Source of the DNA: Candidatus Multivorans sp.
GTDB lineage: Bacteria > Acidobacteriota > Thermoanaerobaculia > Multivoradales > Multivoraceae
Direction of reading: 5' to 3'
Length of the DNA: 64,000 nucleotides
Assembly: GCA_965224025.1 (NCBI GenBank)
Contig: OZ245033.1
Coordinates: 2,912,001 to 2,976,000 of the forward strand
Shown: in pieces, positions 57,412 to 64,000 of the stretch
How the letters are laid out: the number at the start of each line of letters is the position of its first letter
Position numbering within the stretch: position 1 is the first letter of the stretch
The notes under the pieces: generated by a model
Databases searched by the model: none
Told to the model about the DNA's origin: nothing
Seen by the model: the letters and a program-made list of their open reading frames with translations, nothing else
Program-made: the position numbers and the translations under genes

Positions 57412-59597
57412 TGTGCTCGCTGCAACGCCGCTTGGGTGAGGATCCGCAACTGATCCACGCCTTCGGCGCTGGCGTCCACGTCAACGACGATCGTGGTCCC
57501 GCCGGCGAGGATCTCCCAGGCGTCGGAGTCGGTCTCGCCGACCAGCGTGCCGCGATCGGCCGCGGCGCCGAACTCGGGGTTGGCGAAGGCGAGGGAGTCG
57601 CTGGCGGCGAGGCTCGCGGAGCTTGCGGCGACGCCGAGGATGGGGTCGTCGAAGGTGATCTCGACGCCGCCCAGGCTGGCCGCGGCGGTGGGTGCGAAGT
57701 GCAGCAGGAAGCTGTGGACGACCGCGCCCGCGGGTACGGTCGCTCCGGGCGGCAGGTTGCCGGCGTCGTAGGAGGCGGGGGCGCCGTCGCTGTCGACCGC
57801 CAGGTCCTCGCCGAGGGTAGCGAACTGCCGTTCGACGACCAGCTCGGGACGATCGACGGAGGTCCGGCGAGCGGCCGACAGGTCGTCGGGAACGGTCTCG
57901 TCGCCGACGTCGCCGAGAAGATCGACGCTGCCGGCGGCGGCGATGCGCGTGTCGTAGTCGGCGCCCTCGCGGCTGGCCGCCGATTCAACTTCGTACCAGG
58001 TGGTGATCTCGTCGAGGAGCGACGTGAAGACCGCCTCAACCTCCGGCGGCTTCGAGTCGATGTCGGCGCTGGTGGCGACCGGGGTCTGTTCGCGAGGGTC
58101 TTCGAGCAGGTCGTAGAGTTCCCACTCCCGGCCGCTGGTCAGGGAGATCAGCTTGTAGCGGTCGTCGAGGATGGAGCGCCCGCCGCCCACCCTCGTCAAC
58201 CCCCGGCCGCCGCGGCCACGGCCGGCGCTGTCGCAGTCCTCGGGCTCGCCGACTGCGCGTTCGGGAACGGGGTCGCCACAGTCGTCGAACCGGAGGCGTC
58301 CCAGGCGCGGCGCCGAGCGATCGCCGAAGAGAACCCCGCTCATCGACTCGCCGTCGAGCGGCCGCGAGTCGGGCAGGTCGAGTTCCCAGATGTCCAGGAG
58401 CGTCGGCAGGTAGTCGCTCGTGATCATCGGTGTAGCGGTCTCTCCGCGAGCGATTTGCCCGGGCCACTCGACGATGCCCGGCACCCGGACCCCGCCCTCC
58501 CAGATGGTGCCCTTGAATCCGCGCAGGCCGCCCTTCGCCTCCTCCCGATCGTCGAGCCTCACGGATTGCGAAAGCCCGTTGTCGGAGGTGAAGGTCACGA
58601 GCGTGTCGTCTTCGATGCCGAGCGTGCGCAGGTGCCCTCGCAGGCGGCCGATCTCCTTGTCCATCGCCGTGATGCCGGAGTAGTAGGCCTTTTCGTAGTC
58701 GTTCATCTGGCTCTGCTCCTCAGCCGAGTAGAACTCGTCGAGGGTCGCCTGGTCGAGGCGGTGGGGGCTGTGCGGCGGATGGAACCAGACGACGGCGAAG
58801 AAGGGCCGCTCGGCGGCGACGGCATCGTCGATGAACCGCATCGTCTCCCTGACGATGATCGCGGAGGCGTCGCCGGCGAGAGTGGGGGAGTCGATGTCGA
58901 CGTGCTGCTCGTGACCGGTCCAGTAGTGCGCGCCGATGTGATTCCCTTCGCTGGGTAACGGCCCGGCGGGGTCGATGCGCATCGGTTCGAAGGTCGGCAG
59001 CGCCTGCGGGGACGCCCAGGTGCGCTCGTAGCCGTGATGCCACGGCGCCGAATAGAAGTCGCCGCCGCTCCGGCCGAAGCAGCGGCCGCCGCATCGCGCA
59101 AGATCGTCCGCGTCGGGTTCGGGTGTCTTGTTCAGGTTGCCGAGGTGCCACTTGCCGAAGTGTCCGGTCATGTAGCCCTGGGTCTGGGCCAGTTCGGCGA
59201 TCGTCAGCTCCAGGTTGCGCAGACCGTCGTTGTACGCCCTGTCGATGTGGTTGCGGCGTGGAGAACGGCCGGTGACGAACGACGACCGGGTCGGACTGCA
59301 GTTCGAACCGTGCGAGTACATGCGGTGGAACTGGAGGCCGGCCGCCGCCATCTCGCGCAGGTTGGGCGTCTTGACCTCGCTGTGGCCCGGAAAGACGTCG
59401 CCGGGGGCGAGTTGCTGGGGGTACTCGACGTCGCCCCAGCCCTGATCGTCGCTCATCATGAGGATGATGTTCGGCCGCGGCGGAATCGATGCCGGCCCGG
59501 CCTCGTCGCCTGAAGGAGCCGCGCAGCCGCAGGCTGCGAGGCCGAGGATCAGCGCGCCCGGCCGGTGGAAGGCGGTACGTGAGACTCTGCTGATCAT
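57408..59597 (-). CDS. Lipoprotein sulfatase with extra C-terminal domain (copy 1)
   Basis: CSPTRSSFVTG, GKWHLG, SDNG; close paralog of 53265-55403. Confidence 0.9.
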   Translation of the reverse strand: MISRVSRTAFHRPGALILGLAACGCAAPSGDEAGPASIPPRPNIILMMSDDQGWGDVEYPQQLAPGDVFPGHSEVKTPNLREMAAAGLQFHRMYSHGSNCSPTRSSFVTGRSPRRNHIDRAYNDGLRNLELTIAELAQTQGYMTGHFGKWHLGNLNKTPEPDADDLARCGGRCFGRSGGDFYSAPWHHGYERTWASPQALPTFEPMRIDPAGPLPSEGNHIGAHYWTGHEQHVDIDSPTLAGDASAIIVRETMRFIDDAVAAERPFFAVVWFHPPHSPHRLDQATLDEFYSAEEQSQMNDYEKAYYSGITAMDKEIGRLRGHLRTLGIEDDTLVTFTSDNGLSQSVRLDDREEAKGGLRGFKGTIWEGGVRVPGIVEWPGQIARGETATPMITSDYLPTLLDIWELDLPDSRPLDGESMSGVLFGDRSAPRLGRLRFDDCGDPVPERAVGEPEDCDSAGRGRGGRGLTRVGGGRSILDDRYKLISLTSGREWELYDLLEDPREQTPVATSADIDSKPPEVEAVFTSLLDEITTWYEVESAASREGADYDTRIAAAGSVDLLGDVGDETVPDDLSAARRTSVDRPELVVERQFATLGEDLAVDSDGAPASYDAGNLPPGATVPAGAVVHSFLLHFAPTAAASLGGVEITFDDPILGVAASSASLAASDSLAFANPEFGAAADRGTLVGETDSDAWEILAGGTTIVVDVDASAEGVDQLRILTQAALQRAQ

Positions 59598-59631
59598 CTT
59601 GTGTACCTCCTCATCCCGTCGAGCGAAGTTG

Positions 59632-61626
59632 TCAGCGCTCCCTCGGCAGGGCGAAAGCCAACAGCTCGGCCTTCGCCGCCTCGATGCTCGCGTTCCTGCC
59701 CACGGCCCTGCCGCCCGGCTTGCCGCCAGCCGGGACCACGATGTACTGGCGCCCCTGATAGCGGTACGTGATCGGCACGCCGTGGAGCGCGGTGTCGGTC
59801 TCCACCTGCGCCAGCACCTTGCCGGTGGCCTTGTCGTAGGCGGTGAGGTAGCTGGCGGTCGCCGTCGGCGCGTCCCAGCCCTTCCGTTTGGGCGAGTGGC
59901 TGATGAGGAGGGTCCTGGTGACCAGAAGCCCGCCCTCGCGGGTGCCGCTCGAAGGGCGACTGCCCAGCGGCCCGAGGTCGAGGTGACGGAGCGCGGGGTG
60001 ATCGGTCGGGCCTTCTCCCAGCGGCGCCTGCCAGGCGTGCTCGCCGGTCTTCAGATCGATCGCCGTGATGCGCCGGTAGGGAGGCTTTGTCAGCGGCAGC
60101 CCCTGCGGGATCTTGAGCCCTCCGCCTCCTCCCGTCGACTTCTTCACGTAGCGAAACTCGCTGCGCGCGGGGTCCGGCTTCGCCAGCCCCCAGGCACCGA
60201 GCTGGGTCGTCGACTGGACGTAGACGATCCCGGTCAGGGGATCGAACGAGGCGCCGGGATGGTTCGCTCCGCCGCCTGCGCCGGGCGAAACGATCGTGCC
60301 GAGCTTGCCTTCCTCGCCGACGACGATGGAGGGCGTGAAGATCGGTCCGGTGACAAACGACTCGATGTAGTCGAGCGCCTCCTGGCGCAGCTCCGGCGTG
60401 AAGTCCATCAGATCGTCGACGGTCAGGCCCTGCAGATCGAACGCCGGCGGCTTGGTGGGAAACGGCTGGGTCGGCGAGAGCTTCTCGCCGGGCACCGTGG
60501 ACGGGGGAACCGGCCGCTCCTCGATCGGCCACAGAGGCTCGCCGGTGACCCGATCGAAGACGTAGAGGAAGGCGGTCTTCGCCGCCATGGCCACGGCCTT
60601 GCGCAGCCGGCCTTCGACGACCACGTCGACGAGGTTGGGGGCCGAGGCGTTGTCGTAGTCCCAGATGCCGTGATGCACGGTCTGGAAGTGCCAGACGCGC
60701 TCGCCGGTCTCCGCGTCGACGCATACCAGGCTCTCGCCGTACACGTTGTCGCCGTGTCGGTCGCCGCCGTAGTAGTCGCTCGACGGTGTCGAGGTGGCGA
60801 AGTAGACGTAGCCGAGCTCTTCGTCGGCGGCGAGCGGCGCCCACACGTTCGTGTTGCCCATCCACTTCCAGGAGTCGTTCTCCCAGGTCTCGGTGAAGTC
60901 GTCGCCTTCCTGCGGGATCGTGTGGAAGCGCCACTTCTGCTCGCCGGTGCGCACGTCGTAGGCGCGCACGTGGCCCGGCGGGATGCCTGTCTTTTTCGAC
61001 GGCACGTCGAAGATCCTCGAGCCGACGATGTAGGTGTCGCCGACCACGATGCCGGGCGAGCCGGCGCTGATGTCGCGCAGCCGGATACCGGGGCGTCCGA
61101 GGTCGTCGAGCGACATGTGGACGAAGCCCTCCTCGCCGAAGTCGGGATCGGGTTGCCCTGTCTCGAGGTCGATCGAGATCAGCAGCTTGCCGGAGGTGGC
61201 GAAGAGGATGCGCTCCTCCTCGCCGTCGGTCCAGTACTCGATGCCCCGTGGATTCGAGTACGCGGCCCTCGGCGCCTCGTGCGCCTTGGAGTCGAACGCC
61301 CAGAGCTCTTCGCCGGTTGCGGCATCGAGGGCCGCGAGTTGCCACAGCGTGGTCATCATGTAGACCCGGCCGCCGATCATGAGCGCCGAGCCGGTGAAGG
61401 CGCCCGGCTCCTCCCTCACGCGGTGGTCGGCCGATTTCCAGCGCCATGCCACCTCGAGCCGGGAGAAGTTCTCCCCGTCGATGTCCTCGAGCGGCGAGTA
61501 GCGGCTGAAGGCGTGGTCGCGGCCATGGTGCGGCCACTCGACGTCGGGGGCGCCGGATTCGGCGAAGGCGGCGGGACCAGACGATGCGGCCGCCAGAGCC
61601 GTCAGTACCGCGCAGGCAGCCCTCAC
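59632..61626 (-). CDS. PQQ-dependent dehydrogenase (copy 1)
   Basis: GTG 61626 overlaps the DUF6152 stop. RYSPLEDID, WHFQTVHHGIWDYD; paralog of 55411-57411. Confidence 0.87.
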   Translation of the reverse strand: MRAACAVLTALAAASSGPAAFAESGAPDVEWPHHGRDHAFSRYSPLEDIDGENFSRLEVAWRWKSADHRVREEPGAFTGSALMIGGRVYMMTTLWQLAALDAATGEELWAFDSKAHEAPRAAYSNPRGIEYWTDGEEERILFATSGKLLISIDLETGQPDPDFGEEGFVHMSLDDLGRPGIRLRDISAGSPGIVVGDTYIVGSRIFDVPSKKTGIPPGHVRAYDVRTGEQKWRFHTIPQEGDDFTETWENDSWKWMGNTNVWAPLAADEELGYVYFATSTPSSDYYGGDRHGDNVYGESLVCVDAETGERVWHFQTVHHGIWDYDNASAPNLVDVVVEGRLRKAVAMAAKTAFLYVFDRVTGEPLWPIEERPVPPSTVPGEKLSPTQPFPTKPPAFDLQGLTVDDLMDFTPELRQEALDYIESFVTGPIFTPSIVVGEEGKLGTIVSPGAGGGANHPGASFDPLTGIVYVQSTTQLGAWGLAKPDPARSEFRYVKKSTGGGGGLKIPQGLPLTKPPYRRITAIDLKTGEHAWQAPLGEGPTDHPALRHLDLGPLGSRPSSGTREGGLLVTRTLLISHSPKRKGWDAPTATASYLTAYDKATGKVLAQVETDTALHGVPITYRYQGRQYIVVPAGGKPGGRAVGRNASIEAAKAELLAFALPRER

Positions 61627-62056
61627 CGGTTCGGTGGCTCCGACGGGTCGGCTGAGTCTCTCGGCGCGCCGGTGCCGGACGAGCCCAGGAACAGCCTCTC
61701 CCCGTTCGTGTAGGTCACGGTGCGTCCCGCGCACTTGTTCGAGCGGTCCTTGGCCTGGAAACCGTCGACCACGATCTCGGTTCCCGGCAGCAGCGACTCC
61801 TTGGTGAAACCGCGACGGAACAGGCTGGGGGGCTGCCGCTCTCGACCATCCAGATCTCTGTCGAGCCGTCTTCTTTCGCCACCTCCATGTGGATCCACGC
61901 ATGCGGGTTGATCCACTCCATCCGGGTCACCTTCCCGGTGAGCTTGACCGGGCTGTCGGCATCGAACTCGGCCGCGAAGGCGTGGTGCGCCATCGCCGGC
62001 ACGGCGCCCACGAAGACGAAAGCGGTTGCGGCCAGAAGGGCCTTGGTGGGCACCAT
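61623..62056 (-). CDS. DUF6152 family protein; frameshift in a C-run at ~61830
   Basis: Signal peptide, then AHHAFAAEFD...GKVTRMEWINPHAWI...W.VESGSP; continues in another frame as LFRRGFTKESLLPGTEIVVDGFQAKD. Confidence 0.8.
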
Positions 62057-62073
62057 GTTGACCTCCTTTCGGG

Positions 62074-62919
62074 TCATTCGGGTTCTCCGCCCTTCCAGAC
62101 GCCCTTGCTCAAGTGGCGGTACATCAGCTCTTCCGCGAACACCACGCACTTGAAGTCGAGGAGCTGCATGTTCTCCTCGATGCGTCGATAGAGCGGAAAA
62201 CTCACCTTCCACGGGCGCGTGTAGGTCTTGGGATCGGTAATCGTCGCCTCGTAGTGGAGATGGTCCGACCCGGTCGCCGTGTAGCGCTCGAGGACGTGGA
62301 TCTCCTCGCTGTGGTGATTGCCGGAGCTGTCGAGCCAGGTGTCGCCTACCTGGGCGGAGACATCGATCACCAGGGTCTCTCCCTCCCAGTGACCGCGCGA
62401 GTGCCCCATCCAGTTGTCGCCGGGGCTCTCGAAGTCGGGCCGGTTCATGTAGACGATGCGGCTGGCGCTGGCGAACTCGTAGGCGAAAATGACGTTCTCG
62501 GGGCTCTGGATGATCTGGAAGGGGAAGGGCATGTAGTTGGCGCGGGGGATGCCGGGCATGAAGCACTTGATCGCCGGGTCCAGCTTCCACCACTGGGCGA
62601 GGTTCTCCTGCTGCTTCGCCCTCGCCGCCGTGGTGTAGGGGATCCCGCCGCCCTCGACGATGCCCAGGCCCCCGGGGACGGCGCCGAGCGCCCCCAGCTC
62701 GACGATCGGACCGTTGCGGGCGGCGTGGGCCTCGATGTCCCAGTGCGCCGTGGTCAAGGCCTGCCATATTCCGTTCAGGTCCGGCTCGCCGTCGCTCGTT
62801 CGCGGGGCTCGGTAGTCCTGCGCCTGGATCGCCGCCGCTGCCGTCACCGCAAGACCGACTGCGACCGTGGCAAGGAGTCTCGCGCCCCGCTTTCGGATTC
62901 GCACGTTCCCGCCTCTCAT
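62074..62919 (-). CDS. Secreted uncharacterised protein (PDLNGIW family)
   Basis: PDLNGIWQ, DPAIKCFMPGIPR, MGHSRGHWEGETLVID, ERY, DPKTYTRPW, FKC. Confidence 0.8.
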   Translation of the reverse strand: MRGGNVRIRKRGARLLATVAVGLAVTAAAAIQAQDYRAPRTSDGEPDLNGIWQALTTAHWDIEAHAARNGPIVELGALGAVPGGLGIVEGGGIPYTTAARAKQQENLAQWWKLDPAIKCFMPGIPRANYMPFPFQIIQSPENVIFAYEFASASRIVYMNRPDFESPGDNWMGHSRGHWEGETLVIDVSAQVGDTWLDSSGNHHSEEIHVLERYTATGSDHLHYEATITDPKTYTRPWKVSFPLYRRIEENMQLLDFKCVVFAEELMYRHLSKGVWKGGEPE

Positions 62920-63797
62920 TCGGGGTCGGCTTCGGAGGCCGCGGCGGCCTCCCGCTCGGAGACACGAGCGCCGCGCAGGATGTTTGCCATGTTGTAGTTA
63001 CCCTCGTGGCATGCGAACTCGAAGAGCGGCTCGTTCCGCTTGCCCATCGGCGTCCTCACGGTCCACGGCCTGACCCAGATCGGCGGATCGTCGATCGTCA
63101 CTTCGTAGAGCATCGTTTCGGGGCCGACTCGGGTGAACCGCTCGGTCACCACCAGCTCTTCCGAGTTGAGGGAGTGGAACCAGGTCTGCGGGGTCCCTCG
63201 CTGGTGGCTGCCGGCATACCCCTTGGGCAGGTAGTTCGTCGTCTCGACGACCAGCGAATCGCCTTCCCAGCGACCCCGGGAGTCACCGAGCCATAGCCCG
63301 ATCCTGCGATCGGGGTGAGGCGAACCATCGAGGGGGATGACACGCGCCTCGTGATACCACTCCATGACGATGACGACATGGTCCCTGTTCTGGACGAACT
63401 TGTAGTACTGGTTGAAGTTCGCCCGCACGGGCGCCCCCAGGGTCACGCAGCGCTCGCCCAGGGAGCGGTCCTTCCAGGTGTCGGCCGGATGCTCCTCCAG
63501 GTACTGCTGGAGCGCGTCCCAGTCCTTCTGCGCCTGCTCGGTCAGAGCCGGAATGCCGCCTTCGGGCGGGTCGATGACCAGATCGGAGAGTCTGGCGCCG
63601 CCGCGCGTGCCGCCGATCTCCACCCACACGCCACGCAGGTCGGAGTGGCCGTCCACGGTGCGGGGTGCCGTCCAGCCCGCTGGCGGTTCGGGAACCTCGA
63701 CGGGTCCGCGAGCCCTTCTCTGGGCCGCACCGACGCCGGGCAGCAGCAGTAGCAACGCGATCCCCGCCGCCAGGCGTCGCGAAGACGATCGGCACAT
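62916..63797 (-). CDS. Secreted uncharacterised protein (DLRGVW family)
   Basis: ERC, GDSRGRWEGDSLVVETTN, ERFTR, FEFACHEGNY; ATGA overlap with the next gene. Confidence 0.8.
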   Translation of the reverse strand: MCRSSSRRLAAGIALLLLLPGVGAAQRRARGPVEVPEPPAGWTAPRTVDGHSDLRGVWVEIGGTRGGARLSDLVIDPPEGGIPALTEQAQKDWDALQQYLEEHPADTWKDRSLGERCVTLGAPVRANFNQYYKFVQNRDHVVIVMEWYHEARVIPLDGSPHPDRRIGLWLGDSRGRWEGDSLVVETTNYLPKGYAGSHQRGTPQTWFHSLNSEELVVTERFTRVGPETMLYEVTIDDPPIWVRPWTVRTPMGKRNEPLFEFACHEGNYNMANILRGARVSEREAAAASEADPE

Positions 63798-64000
63798 CGG
63801 CAGCCTCCTGCGGGTTCTCGGCCGGTGCTCCCCGTCAGAGGCGCACTCGAAGAACGGCAGTTCGGTTTCCGCGGAGCTGCGCCCTGGGAGTGCGCCTTTG
63901 GTGCAGCCGACCAGCTATTGGATGGCAGTGGGTCGGCCTTTGAGACTATTGGACCTCCCGGCTTCGGTCAAACGCCGTGTGGAGAACGTCATGACCGGCG

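Noticed and set aside
59632-61902. 756-aa ORF implying an N-terminally extended PQQ enzyme
   Set aside because: The extension is an alternative frame of the frameshifted DUF6152 gene; the start is GTG 61626.

Overview
A GC-rich bacterial window, most likely from an Acidobacteriota (Thermoanaerobaculia-like) genome. This host call is an inference from a remnant of the NWEILVKVLDGC C-terminal domain, Oar-type TonB receptors, DUF5916, DUF6152 and expanded PQQ enzymes; the gene mix resembles marine/sponge symbionts. 1-19 kb is an eroding accessory region. It holds a GPP34-cytochrome P450 fusion that runs off the left edge and is not in the ORF track, an internally deleted RND pump, a TonB receptor, a hydrolase and a carboxyltransferase fragment cut at a REP-like element. 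Next comes a Mu-like prophage head-module remnant (terminase fragment, portal, two cargo genes including a Tle1/DUF2235 phospholipase, MuF fused to a PBECR-type RNase, gpG), joined to a 5'-truncated Ig-repeat surface protein and followed by several pseudogenes. 19-45 kb contains DUF5916, a coupled ATPase pair, an IS1634 element with perfect terminal repeats, LemA/M48, an Eco29kI-type R-M system with Vsr, an ABC exporter, a haloalkane dehalogenase, a Phd/VapC toxin-antitoxin pair, a decarboxylase with an in-frame stop, membrane spermidine-synthase-like genes and a TonB receptor. 45-64 kb contains a PQQ enzyme, a DUF1592/DUF1552 pair, a tandem REPIN-like repeat and a long minus-strand operon of uncharacterised periplasmic proteins, DUF6152 and a duplicated PQQ-dehydrogenase/sulfatase unit. 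The best novelty candidate is the MuF-PBECR toxin: no immunity ORF follows it, but a ~107-nt hairpin with its own convergent extended -10 element sits at its stop codon, a possible RNA antitoxin. All family calls come from motif recognition by eye; no database searches were run.
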